This document shows positions 39,299 to 48,353 of a DNA stretch of 64,000 nt, piece after piece. The notes under the pieces are model-generated. The model was not told the DNA's origin and did not search any database. It was given only the letters and a program-made list of their open reading frames with translations. The translations under genes were made by a program, and so were the position numbers. Position 1 is the stretch's first letter. Each line of letters starts with the position of its first letter. This DNA is from a candidate division WWE3 bacterium RIFOXYC1_FULL_40_10 (lineage in GTDB: Bacteria > Patescibacteriota > WWE3 > UBA101185 > UBA10185). The stretch is from positions 614,099-678,098 of the forward strand of contig MEWB01000001.1 in the NCBI GenBank assembly GCA_001773215.1, in the 5' to 3' direction.

Positions 39299-40438
39299 AT
39301 GAATGGGATGAATCTAACTAAAACTTCTGCGGCTTTCAAAAAAGGCCTAAAGGTAGCAGGGATCATTGTTCTGGTCTACTACATAACAACTTTATATATT
39401 TATCCATTCGCCAAGAGCATATATCGAAGAATTATTGTTAAGGTCGATCCTCCAAACGCATTGTTCGGCCAACTAGACCAGCTGGAATTTACTTCGAAAC
39501 CTATTAAAGCTGAAAACGTCACATATGTGCTTAACACAAAAAATGGCAGATTACCTGAGGACATGCCTTTTAAAATGAAGGTATACAAATTTGAGCAGGG
39601 AAGCGTATCCTTCACAGCCGGCGGCGAGGCCCTTGATACAGCAGCTTTTATGGGGTTTTCTGATTCTGATTTAATTTCTGATCTAAAAGGATCTACCTAC
39701 AAGTGGAGAAGCCTTTCTTCAGGAGGACTACTCGAAATTAATAAAGACACCAGAACGATAGAGCTAAGTACTGATCTAACCGGCCCCGGCCAAGAATACT
39801 TTAGAGGCTATTTCGCTCCCGAGGCGGCACAAGAAAGCGCGAGAGCTCTTTTTAAATCAATCAAAAGATTTGATTCCTTATATGAAAGCGGAAAGCAGGA
39901 GGTAGTAATGGGAAAGTTTAACGGCAGCACTATAGCCAATGTAGACAAAGGAAGCGGCCAAATAGCGCGTGTCGATTTTTTTCGGTTTGTAAAAGAAGGC
40001 AATTTAACATATATGATACTTGGACCTGATCCCTCAAAAGGACTTTTGCATACCTACGTGCGAAAAGTGTCAAAAGAGCCTTCTCCATTCAATTACCCAA
40101 TTGTGCAAGGTTATTTTAAAGAGGTGAATACCGATTCCAAAGCGTTTTACCCTGTTATTGAGGTGGCCAGCGCATGGAAAGCCGTTAAGCAGGGAAGCGG
40201 CATTATCGCCCAGGTTTCACCCAAAGCCAACAACCCATTTGAAGAGTACGAACCTGTGGCTATAAATACCATACTAATTAACAACATAAAACTAGCTTAT
40301 TATGAATCCCCCCAAAACTTACGATACTTACAGCCCATATTTGTATTCGAAGGAAATTACAGAGTAACCGGAGGCCAGGGTGGAGATATCGTAATCTACT
40401 TTCCTGCAGTATCAGGAGAATACGTCAAGAAAAACTAA
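39299..40438 (+). CDS. Hypothetical membrane-anchored extracytoplasmic protein
   Basis: Start moved to the ATG after the gltX start (MNGMNLTK...); one N-terminal TM helix; no recognisable domain. Confidence 0.4.
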   Translation: MNGMNLTKTSAAFKKGLKVAGIIVLVYYITTLYIYPFAKSIYRRIIVKVDPPNALFGQLDQLEFTSKPIKAENVTYVLNTKNGRLPEDMPFKMKVYKFEQGSVSFTAGGEALDTAAFMGFSDSDLISDLKGSTYKWRSLSSGGLLEINKDTRTIELSTDLTGPGQEYFRGYFAPEAAQESARALFKSIKRFDSLYESGKQEVVMGKFNGSTIANVDKGSGQIARVDFFRFVKEGNLTYMILGPDPSKGLLHTYVRKVSKEPSPFNYPIVQGYFKEVNTDSKAFYPVIEVASAWKAVKQGSGIIAQVSPKANNPFEEYEPVAINTILINNIKLAYYESPQNLRYLQPIFVFEGNYRVTGGQGGDIVIYFPAVSGEYVKKN

Positions 40439-41463
40439 TTGAGCTTCCAAGAATACTTTTCATTTACCCAATCCAGTAGCTTGTATGTGTCCCCAAACCT
40501 ATCACTACTGGCCATAACGACGATTACCAAATCTTTCTCCAAGTCGGCGTACTCATAAAGTAAAACCTCTCCTGCACCCTCCGTTGTCCCCGTTTTAATT
40601 CCCAGTGTTCCCTCAACCTCCCATAGAGCTTTATTTGTATTCTGAACCTTGGTTCTAAATTCCTTGTTTACTGATGTCAAAGTGTACTCCTGTGTCCTGA
40701 TGGCTTTTCTAATAAACGGATCCTTAATTGCTGCTTTGGCTAACAAATACAAATCTTCCGCAGTTGATACATGCTCCCCATTATCTCCATCCAGTCCTAT
40801 TGGATTCGAAAAATTTGTACTTTTCATACCAAGGGCACTGGCCTTATCATTCATTTTTCTGAGAAATAACTCGTATTCAACTTTGTTTCTTGCCAATACA
40901 CAAGCAGCATCCCCTGCGGAGCCAACTAACATTGCATTTATTAAGTCCCTAGCATAATAGCTCATACCCTCCCACAGAAAAACCTTGGTGCTCTCAACCG
41001 AAGAACATTCGGGAACCATCTTCACAGTTTCATCCAGATCATAAACATCTAAGGCTACTATAGCCGTCATAAGTTTTGTAGTAGAAGCCGGTGGTAAAAT
41101 TACCCCTGAATTTTTCGAGTACAAAATTTTGTCATTTCTTCTATCAGCTACAATTGCCGACAAAGAGGTAACGTAAGGAGCCGGCAGGTCCTCTGCTATC
41201 TTAGGAAATTCAGAAATTCTCGGAGATGAACTAATAGTTTGTGATGCAGGATATAGTGAATACACGAATCCATTACTCAAGTAAGAAATATCTGAAAAAA
41301 AGGCCACAGAAAAGTAAATGAGAAATAACCCTAAGGTTGCCGGTAGAAATCTTGCTGTCTTAACAAGGAATCTTTCAACACAATAGAAAACAAAATCTAT
41401 CCCAATAAGTGTCAGGGCCATAAGCCTTATTATGATCAGTCCCATACTCGATATTGAAAGCAT
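40435..41463 (-). CDS. D-alanyl-D-alanine carboxypeptidase (S11 / PBP5-like)
   Basis: Active-site SxxK (ASTTKLMT), SxN and KTG-like motifs; N-terminal membrane anchor. Confidence 0.75.
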   Translation of the reverse strand: MLSISSMGLIIIRLMALTLIGIDFVFYCVERFLVKTARFLPATLGLFLIYFSVAFFSDISYLSNGFVYSLYPASQTISSSPRISEFPKIAEDLPAPYVTSLSAIVADRRNDKILYSKNSGVILPPASTTKLMTAIVALDVYDLDETVKMVPECSSVESTKVFLWEGMSYYARDLINAMLVGSAGDAACVLARNKVEYELFLRKMNDKASALGMKSTNFSNPIGLDGDNGEHVSTAEDLYLLAKAAIKDPFIRKAIRTQEYTLTSVNKEFRTKVQNTNKALWEVEGTLGIKTGTTEGAGEVLLYEYADLEKDLVIVVMASSDRFGDTYKLLDWVNEKYSWKLN

Positions 41464-41464
41464 A

Positions 41465-42757
41465 TTAGGGGTTAATTCTCTTAACATCGCGGGGCAATAA
41501 CGTGGCTTCTTTTACACTAGGCAAATCCAGCATCTGCATAATTATTCGGCCCGGCCCAATTCCCACACCACCATGAGGAGGACACCCGTATTTAAAAAAG
41601 TCCATATAGCCCCTTAGAGATTCCACATCCATCCCTTTCTCTTTAGCTTGCTTTTCCAATACCTCGTAGCGATGCTCTCTTTGGGCACCGGTTACGATTT
41701 CTAAACCCTTATATATCAAATCAAAGCCCTTGGTAATATCAGGTTGATCGGGATAACGCATATGATAAAAGGCTCTTCCGTTCGCCGGATAATCGATTAG
41801 AAAAACAAAATCGCTTCCCGTTTGCTCTTTGATCAATCTTCCAAGCTCCCTTTCTTCCTCAGGTGATACATCATAATCTTTTTCTCCTGAAATACCTTTT
41901 GCTCTTAACAATTCCTTGGCTTCTTTCATGGTTACTCTTGGAAATGGCCTTTTTGGTATTTCGAGTTCGGGCAACACAGTTTTGTTAACTTGTTCAAATC
42001 CTGATATCAAAAATTTCTCCAGTTCATCCATTACATCATGATGTGACTCAATATAAGACAGCTCAAAATCCCAGCCTGTAAACTCAGTCATATGCCGGGT
42101 TGTATACGAAGGTTCAGCCCTAAAGATAGGACCGGTAATAAACACCTTCTCAAATCCGGCAGCCATCGCCATTTGCTTATAAAATTGCGGGCTTTGGGCC
42201 AAATAGGCTTTTCTGTCAAAATAGTTCACCTCAAATACTTCCGCCCCGGACTCACTTGGAACTCCCATAAATGATGGTGCATAGACTTGAATGAAGTTAT
42301 TCTCTTCAGTGTATTTTCTTACACCTTTTTCGAGTTCAGTCCAAACTTTGAAGATATTTATTCTTTCATCTTTTCGTAAATCAATCCATCTGTAGTCGAA
42401 TCTCTTGGGAGCATCAGTTTCCTCTCCGCCTTTTTCGAAAACTACCGGTATGGGAAGCTCCGGGGAGGCTAGTGATAACACCATTATTTCCTCTGCTTCA
42501 ATCTCGAAGCCGTTGGGTGCCTGTTTCTCTTCTTTTGCCAAACCTGTGATACATACAACCGATTCAAGTGTCAAAGTTTTGCACGTATCAAAAGCTTCGG
42601 TGTGTGACTTTAGTACAACTACTTGTGCCCTTCCTGTAACATCGCGAATTATTAAAAACGCTATCGAACCTTGCTGCCGAATGGTTTCGACAAATCCTTT
42701 GATTGTAATTTTTTCACCTATTTTTTGCTTTATTGATTTTATATGAGTTCTTTCCAT
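41465..42757 (-). CDS. aspS: Aspartyl-tRNA synthetase, archaeal/eukaryotic type (class IIb); AsnRS not fully excluded
   Basis: N-terminal OB fold, FRAE..S.T.RH..EF, QSPQ, C-terminal GGxGxG.R....L...I.E..L.PR. The C-terminus resembles archaeal AspRS. Start set at MERTHIK after AAGGAAAG. Confidence 0.75.
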   Translation of the reverse strand: MERTHIKSIKQKIGEKITIKGFVETIRQQGSIAFLIIRDVTGRAQVVVLKSHTEAFDTCKTLTLESVVCITGLAKEEKQAPNGFEIEAEEIMVLSLASPELPIPVVFEKGGEETDAPKRFDYRWIDLRKDERINIFKVWTELEKGVRKYTEENNFIQVYAPSFMGVPSESGAEVFEVNYFDRKAYLAQSPQFYKQMAMAAGFEKVFITGPIFRAEPSYTTRHMTEFTGWDFELSYIESHHDVMDELEKFLISGFEQVNKTVLPELEIPKRPFPRVTMKEAKELLRAKGISGEKDYDVSPEEERELGRLIKEQTGSDFVFLIDYPANGRAFYHMRYPDQPDITKGFDLIYKGLEIVTGAQREHRYEVLEKQAKEKGMDVESLRGYMDFFKYGCPPHGGVGIGPGRIIMQMLDLPSVKEATLLPRDVKRINP

Positions 42758-42949
42758 ACTTTCCTTATAAACAGAAAAACCTCTACTAAACAGAGGTTCC
42801 GATATTACGGAAGGTGCCAACCTTCATAATGCTTATTTACAGCTGTAACGGGCATTCCCGGCTCGCCATTTCCTGCGAACAGCTTGGCGGTTGTCACTTT
42901 TCCGCCTCAACGCTTTTTATAACTAACAAATGTATTCTATATTTTACGG

Positions 42950-43363
42950 GAAAAAAAGCAAGCCCCGCAAATCTTTTTAGAATCTGCGGGGCGTAATAGT
43001 TTGCGGCTGGCGGATACGAACCTCTGTTCGATGTACCATAAAATCCGCCAGCCACTATTTAGTGGGGGTTCGAGTGGAGTCTACCGATAAGTATATTACA
43101 GTATTTCTCCAACCCTGAAGCCCACGGCGGTTGAGTGCATGCCGTCAGATCTGCAGTATCTGTTTTCGGCTTGAACGCAGGTCTCGTGGTCTACGTATCC
43201 TAAAGCTTTTCCACTTACCAGCTTTAGCGATAGGCGACTTGTTTCGCCCTTACCACAAGTACACTGCGCAGAAGGGGGTGCACTCAACGTAAAACGACCG
43301 ATCCATGGCGTGGGAAATCTCGCCGATTTACACCATAAAAAAGACGCCACTTCACGGGTCGAT
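42950..43363 (-). ncRNA. Candidate structured ncRNA 2 (about 410 nt), class unknown
   Basis: GC-rich (about 52-55%), ORF-poor. Transcribed from a perfect TTGACA-17-TATAAT promoter at 43370..43398. Ends in two consecutive hairpins: an 11-bp perfect stem GGCTGGCGGAT/ATCCGCCAGCC, then GCCCCGCA-loop-TGCGGGGC followed by TTGCTTTTTTT, about 190 nt upstream of aspS. Confidence 0.5.
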
Positions 43364-43369
43364 GCATGA

Positions 43370-43398
43370 ATTATAGACTAATTTATGGAATTTGTCAA
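43370..43398 (-). promoter_or_regulatory. Consensus sigma70 promoter (minus strand): TTGACA - 17 nt - TATAAT
   Basis: Reverse complement of 43393..43398 is TTGACA; of 43370..43375 is TATAAT; spacer is exactly 17 nt. Confidence 0.65.
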
Positions 43399-43429
43399 GC
43401 TATAAGTTATAAAGATCTGTAGGGGAATT

Positions 43430-43771
43430 AAAAACCGCCTCCGTGTTGTTATATTAACCAACGCGAAGGCGGACTAAGATCGATGGATGCAGGGAGCCGG
43501 ACAGCACGTCCTAAGACAGTTTCGCGAAGGCCGGTTTTATGCAACGGGCGTGGGGCGAGCTAGCCAGGTAATAGGTCATACGCCAGCTAACTGCCAAGCG
43601 GCGGGTGGCACAACATCACAATGTGCGGCCACATAGCCAAAGCCCGCGAAAGTTCCGGCCAAAGGAGCCCTGCCTCTACACTTGTATACAACCGGGGTGT
43701 CCCGTATGCTTGGTTTCCCAAGAGTGTAGAAGGGCCCACGCATTCGAAAAACTGCTACTCTCTGCATCCAT
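43430..43771 (-). ncRNA. Candidate structured ncRNA 1 (about 290-340 nt), class unknown
   Basis: GC-rich, ORF-poor. The predicted 5' end ATGGATGCAG (43762..43771) pairs perfectly with CTGCATCCAT (43483..43492), a P1-like terminal helix. Internal GNRA-capped hairpins (CTTGG-GAAA-CCAAG) and nested helices. Terminator CCGCCT...AGGCGG + T5 at 43430..43472. Confidence 0.5.
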
Positions 43772-43778
43772 GGCGCGA

Positions 43779-43807
43779 ATATTACGCTATTTTCGCAGAA
43801 ATGTCAA
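43779..43807 (-). promoter_or_regulatory. Near-consensus sigma70 promoter (minus strand): TTGACA - 17 nt - TAATAT, with a second upstream TTGACA
   Basis: Reverse complement of 43802..43807 is TTGACA; of 43779..43784 is TAATAT. Confidence 0.6.
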
Positions 43808-43809
43808 TA

Positions 43810-45438
43810 CTATGGGATCTTAATGTCAACCACAACCAAATCTACAGACCTTTTATTGTTGAATTCATTAATTTTTAGTGTAAAAGCCAGATCTACTATA
43901 TCCCCTAAGCACAAAGATTCACAAGCTTGTTTGCCATTGAAGTAAATCGCTTTATAGTCCTTTTTTCCTGCGGTTACAGTCAGTTTTACATGCTGAGCCG
44001 ACTTTCCGATAATATCAATATTCTTAACTTTAACCCCCGTTACGGCGAAAACAGGTTCTCTGTTGCCCACTCCAAAAGGTTGTAATTTCTCCAAGTTCTG
44101 CACCAATTCAATGTCAATTGCTTCCAAAGGCAGTTCAATATCTACTTCTACTGTTCTTACCAAATCGTCGTCCAAAATACATGAATTGGCAAGTTTGACC
44201 ACCTTTCCTTCCAGCTCGGTGATTTTATTTTTATTGATAGAAAACCCCGCCGCACCCGGATGACCCCCCAAGCTTTCAAACATATCCTCAAAGTTCCTCA
44301 AAAAGGCTATTATGTCCACGCCGGGTACCGATCTTACAGACCCTTTTGCCATTTCCTCGTTTATGCTCATAACAATAGAGGGGCGGTAATACTTTTGAGT
44401 AATTTTAGCAGCCACTAAACCGATAATACCTTCGTGGAAATCCTCATGGTAAGCAATCACCACTTTTGGCAAGTTTTTTAGATCAAACTGTCCCGCCAAC
44501 TCATACATTTGTAAAGTTTTATCCTGCCTATCAATGTTTATTTCGTGCAGTTTTTGTGCAATATCCTCTACCACCGAGGGATCCTCTTCGGTGAATAGTT
44601 TTACAGCCTCCACGGCATCAATTAATCTGCCCGTCGCATTAATTCTAGGCCCAATGACCCAACCCAATTCGTAGTTAGAAATCTTTTTCCCCTCATTTCC
44701 AGAGGTTTTTATTAATTGGGCAAGACCTAAAGGGGGCTCAGTATTTATTACCGAAAGGCCTGCTTTAACAATAGCTCTGTTAAAACCAAGCAGGGGCTGA
44801 ATATCTGTAACTGTGGCCAGGGCTGCTAGAGCTACTCCGGCTTTACTTTTTGAGCCTAGGCTCTTGCTTAAAATCCATGCTAGAGCTGCTCCAACTACGG
44901 AGTCGCTCCACACTATTTCGTCGGCATTTGGTAAATGTGCCGGTTTTTGATGATGATCAGTGATTATGATCTGCTGACCTATTTTTTTAGCGTAATCAAC
45001 TGCATCATTCGCTGTGATACCACCATCAACGGTAACAATTAATGCCCTTTTGCCGCTAACCAGCTTGAGTGCATCATCAATCGACAACTCTGTTAGTCCA
45101 TAACTGTGAACAAATCGATTGGGTATAAAGAAAAAAGTATTTTGGTAGTTGAGTTCCTTTTTTAAAGTATTAAACAATATGGCCGTAGCACATACCCCAT
45201 CTGCGTCGTAATCCCCATGGATTATTATAGGTGTCTCCTTCGCAATGGCGTCTTTTATAATTTTGGTTGCAGACTTCAAAGATTCCACAAACTCTTCAGG
45301 CAGTAACTTGAAAGACTCGTTGAAGGTAGGAGGATTTAGAAAAGCTTTTATATCTGTGATTCCGCGTTGTAACAGAATTTGCTCGGCTAAATCATTTGTT
45401 GGATTATAAACTCCGGAGATTACCCATTTTTGTGGCAT
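43810..45438 (-). CDS. recJ: Single-stranded-DNA-specific exonuclease RecJ
   Basis: DHH (HGDYDADG) and DHHA1 domains, 542 aa. Confidence 0.85.
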   Translation of the reverse strand: MPQKWVISGVYNPTNDLAEQILLQRGITDIKAFLNPPTFNESFKLLPEEFVESLKSATKIIKDAIAKETPIIIHGDYDADGVCATAILFNTLKKELNYQNTFFFIPNRFVHSYGLTELSIDDALKLVSGKRALIVTVDGGITANDAVDYAKKIGQQIIITDHHQKPAHLPNADEIVWSDSVVGAALAWILSKSLGSKSKAGVALAALATVTDIQPLLGFNRAIVKAGLSVINTEPPLGLAQLIKTSGNEGKKISNYELGWVIGPRINATGRLIDAVEAVKLFTEEDPSVVEDIAQKLHEINIDRQDKTLQMYELAGQFDLKNLPKVVIAYHEDFHEGIIGLVAAKITQKYYRPSIVMSINEEMAKGSVRSVPGVDIIAFLRNFEDMFESLGGHPGAAGFSINKNKITELEGKVVKLANSCILDDDLVRTVEVDIELPLEAIDIELVQNLEKLQPFGVGNREPVFAVTGVKVKNIDIIGKSAQHVKLTVTAGKKDYKAIYFNGKQACESLCLGDIVDLAFTLKINEFNNKRSVDLVVVDIKIP

Positions 45439-45442
45439 TATG

Positions 45443-46357
45443 CTACCTTTTGGCTTTTTCCCACAAAACCAGTATAGGTGTAGCAGTAAATATACTTGAA
45501 TAGGTTCCGGAAATTATGCCAACCAGCATTGCAAGCACAAAGTTCTTGATACTGGCACCGCCCAAAACATATAAAGAGGATAAAGTTAAAACCACTGTGA
45601 AGGAGGTCGCCAAAGATCGGGCTAGCGTTTCGACAACGGAAAAATTTGCCACTTCTTCGAAATTAAAACTCTTAGGTAGTTTCCTTAGGTTTTCTCTAAT
45701 TCTATCGAAAACAACTATTGTGTCGTGTACAGAAAACCCTAAAACAGTTAACAGCGCCGTAATAAATAGCGCATCGATTTCCACACCAAAGTAGTGGCCT
45801 AAAATAGCGAAGAAACCGATGACTACATAGGCATCATGGAACATCGCAATTATTGCCGAAATACCAAACTTAATACTGGAATAAGGCTTGGGGATATTTC
45901 TAAAGGCATACGCTATATAGCTCATAATTCCAATCATGGCCCATGCTAAAGCCACGAAAGCTTTTTTAGCGGTTTCGGCACCTACTACCGGACCCACAGT
46001 TTCGAACGACTTTTGTTCAAAATTGTTTTGTGCAAATTTTTCACTAAGCCCGTTCTTTAATTCGTCGAATTTTGCAGTATCCAATGGTTTTGTTTTAATC
46101 TCGGCAGTTGTTTTTTCCTGCTTGTCTAGCCTCACCGATTCGATATCAACTCCTTTCTCCTTAAATACATCTCTGACAATGGTTTCCTCGTTCTCCATCG
46201 GAGAAAATGAGAATGTGATGATTGATCCGCCTGTGAAATCTATCGCAAGATGCAACCCCTCTTTAAGAAGATAAACTGTCCCCGGTAGCATTAAAACTAA
46301 TGAAACCACTAAGTACCAAACCTTATATTTCATTAGATTCATTATGTTTTTATTCAT
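45443..46357 (-). CDS. secF: Protein translocase subunit SecF
   Basis: Six-TM SecD/SecF family, follows secD. Confidence 0.85.
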   Translation of the reverse strand: MNKNIMNLMKYKVWYLVVSLVLMLPGTVYLLKEGLHLAIDFTGGSIITFSFSPMENEETIVRDVFKEKGVDIESVRLDKQEKTTAEIKTKPLDTAKFDELKNGLSEKFAQNNFEQKSFETVGPVVGAETAKKAFVALAWAMIGIMSYIAYAFRNIPKPYSSIKFGISAIIAMFHDAYVVIGFFAILGHYFGVEIDALFITALLTVLGFSVHDTIVVFDRIRENLRKLPKSFNFEEVANFSVVETLARSLATSFTVVLTLSSLYVLGGASIKNFVLAMLVGIISGTYSSIFTATPILVLWEKAKR

Positions 46358-47741
46358 GCTTGGGCCTTCTTAACTGACCAAAATTTGTAGCCTCAATAAA
46401 AGTTTTGACGACAAATATTGATGTAAACAATGATACAAATATTCCTATGGCTAAAGTAAGCGCGAAACCACGAACCGACCCTGAGCCAAACTGGAAAAGA
46501 ATGAAAGATGTAATTAATGATGAAACATTAGAATCTTTAATGGAATTCCACGCCCTTTCGAAACCTAGTTTTATAGCCAAATTTCGAGGCTTCCCCCAGC
46601 GGATTTCTTCACGGGTTCGCTCGAATATTAAGATACACGCATCAGTGGCCATTCCAATAGACAAAATAAATCCGGCTATACCGGGCAAAGTTAAAACTAC
46701 CGGTATTATTTTGAATATAGCTAAAACAATAAAAGAATAGATGATCAATGATATGCCCGATAATATACCCAAAAATCGATATCTTAAAACCAAGAAAGCG
46801 AAAACCAAGATTAGCCCCACTACGCCTGCAAGAAAGCTTTTTTGGATTGATTCCCCCCCTAAGGTTGCACCGACTGTTTTCTGCTCAAGAACCTCGACCG
46901 GAATAGGTAAAGCACCTGATCTCAACTGAATAGCCAAGGTTTTTGCTGATTCAAACGTAAAGTTACCACTGATCACTGGATCGGAAATTAGACCTGTCGC
47001 TAAATCTTCAGATACAGTAGGGGCAGAAATCGGGAAACTGTCCTCATCAAGGTACAAGGCGATAGGTTTACCTATATTGGTTTTAGCCAACTCACTGAAT
47101 TTTGTTCTACCCTCGTTGGTAAACTTTAGCTGGATTTGGGGTTTGCCTTGCTGAGAAATATCCCCACCTTGAGCTACAACCACATCTGCACCTTTCATAT
47201 CCGCACCTGTAACCCCGCTGTCTTCCCAGCTGTCGGGGCTGGACACGTATTGAAGGTACTTGTCTTGTGTCCATTCCAGGTCTTTTTTAAGTGTTTTAAA
47301 CTTTAGTTGAGCAGTTTGACCTATTAGATTTATCGCCTCGGACACATTATCGATCCCGGGAATTTCAACAATTATTCTGTACTCATCTCCCACCTTGGAA
47401 GTTGCAACAAAAGGTTCGGTTACCCCCAATAAGTTCACCCTTCTATCGATAACCTCTTTAGCCGATTCCAAAGCTCCTGATTTTTCATCATCAGCTATTT
47501 TCGACATATCAGCCCGTAACACCACTTTTATTCCCCCCTCTAAGTCCAAACCTTTTTTAATATCCCTTAAGTCTAATTGCCACTTTCCTAAATTAATAAA
47601 ATAACCGCCTACCGACGTATCCAACTTTAACCACTTGTTATTTATACTAATGGGAATTCGGGGTAAAACTACTAATATCGATAAAACGGTCATCGCAAAG
47701 ATCATCCCGAGTCTAAAATTTAGATTTTGCATTACTTTCAT
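46350..47741 (-). CDS. secD: Protein translocase subunit SecD
   Basis: Large periplasmic loop plus SecD/F TM bundle; overlaps the secF start. Confidence 0.85.
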   Translation of the reverse strand: MKVMQNLNFRLGMIFAMTVLSILVVLPRIPISINNKWLKLDTSVGGYFINLGKWQLDLRDIKKGLDLEGGIKVVLRADMSKIADDEKSGALESAKEVIDRRVNLLGVTEPFVATSKVGDEYRIIVEIPGIDNVSEAINLIGQTAQLKFKTLKKDLEWTQDKYLQYVSSPDSWEDSGVTGADMKGADVVVAQGGDISQQGKPQIQLKFTNEGRTKFSELAKTNIGKPIALYLDEDSFPISAPTVSEDLATGLISDPVISGNFTFESAKTLAIQLRSGALPIPVEVLEQKTVGATLGGESIQKSFLAGVVGLILVFAFLVLRYRFLGILSGISLIIYSFIVLAIFKIIPVVLTLPGIAGFILSIGMATDACILIFERTREEIRWGKPRNLAIKLGFERAWNSIKDSNVSSLITSFILFQFGSGSVRGFALTLAIGIFVSLFTSIFVVKTFIEATNFGQLRRPKHE

Positions 47742-47747
47742 AATAAA

Positions 47748-48329
47748 TCAGGATATAGAGTAGAACTTTTCTTCATCTCCTACAAGCATCATCCTGCTTT
47801 GGGATAATACCCTATTTATAAATTGATCTCCAGTTCTTTTTCGAGATTTAAATTCTGTGGATGTCATTACTGAGAAATTTAACTCTCTGCCCGATTTAGA
47901 CTCCTGCTCTTTGACAAGCTTTTTTAATGCCTCAACTTCGATATCACCCACAATAAACAAGTCCACATCCAAAGCTGTGGATTCACGACCTTTAAAGTAA
48001 GCAGGGCAAAATACAGCAAACTCTATATCACCCAAATCTGATTTTTTTTGAAGAATTTTCTTGGCTAGTCCGGTCTCTTTAGCTAGTAGGTTTAAAAGCT
48101 CGTTGTAGAAAGGATTTAACCGATCGACACTGTAATAGATTCTATTCATGCTTTGACGCCGTTTAAAAATTCCGGTTTTTACAAGATTGTCTAATTCCCT
48201 GCGTACGGCGTTTATTTCAGTATTTACTGCCCTAACAATACCCCTAACATGAACTTCCTTTTTGTTGCTCAGCAACATCAGCTCTAATATTTTTAGTCTT
48301 ACCTCTGACACGAATAAATTTTTTAACAT
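47748..48329 (-). CDS. Winged-helix (ArsR-like) DNA-binding domain fused to a nucleotidyltransferase-like domain
   Basis: N-terminal HTH (VRLKILELML...IYYSV); C-terminal ...STALDVDLFIVGDI resembles a minimal-nucleotidyltransferase GS/DxD region. Confidence 0.45.
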   Translation of the reverse strand: MLKNLFVSEVRLKILELMLLSNKKEVHVRGIVRAVNTEINAVRRELDNLVKTGIFKRRQSMNRIYYSVDRLNPFYNELLNLLAKETGLAKKILQKKSDLGDIEFAVFCPAYFKGRESTALDVDLFIVGDIEVEALKKLVKEQESKSGRELNFSVMTSTEFKSRKRTGDQFINRVLSQSRMMLVGDEEKFYSIS

Positions 48330-48353
48330 AAAAGCAATTTCTTGGGCAGAGTT

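Noticed and set aside
43040-43085. tRNA-like T-arm (GGGGGTTCGAGTGG on plus; GAGGTTCGTATCC on minus)
   Set aside because: The flanking stems are not complementary, so there is no T-stem. The minus-strand copy sits in the loop of an 11-bp hairpin; no cloverleaf can be drawn.
43096-43350. 84-aa minus-strand ORF inside the GC-rich island
   Set aside because: The open frame is expected by chance in GC-rich, stop-poor sequence. It lies inside a region with promoter/terminator architecture typical of RNA genes, has no SD, and matches no motif.
42950-43810. Assignment of the GC-rich island to RNase P RNA, tmRNA, SRP RNA or a T-box leader of aspS
   Set aside because: I looked for GGAAAGUCCGG / ACAGAANCCGGCUUA (RNase P P4); for a GGGG 5' end with UUCGAC D-analog and a 3' T-arm/CCA (tmRNA); for a tag reading frame ending ...LAA; for AGGUCAGG...GGAAGCAGC (SRP); and for AGGGUGGNACCGCG (T-box). 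Only partial resemblances were found: CCGGCU near the unit-1 3' end, a GGTTCGT inside a hairpin loop, and AAGUCGCC. None is convincing, so the class is left unassigned rather than forced.
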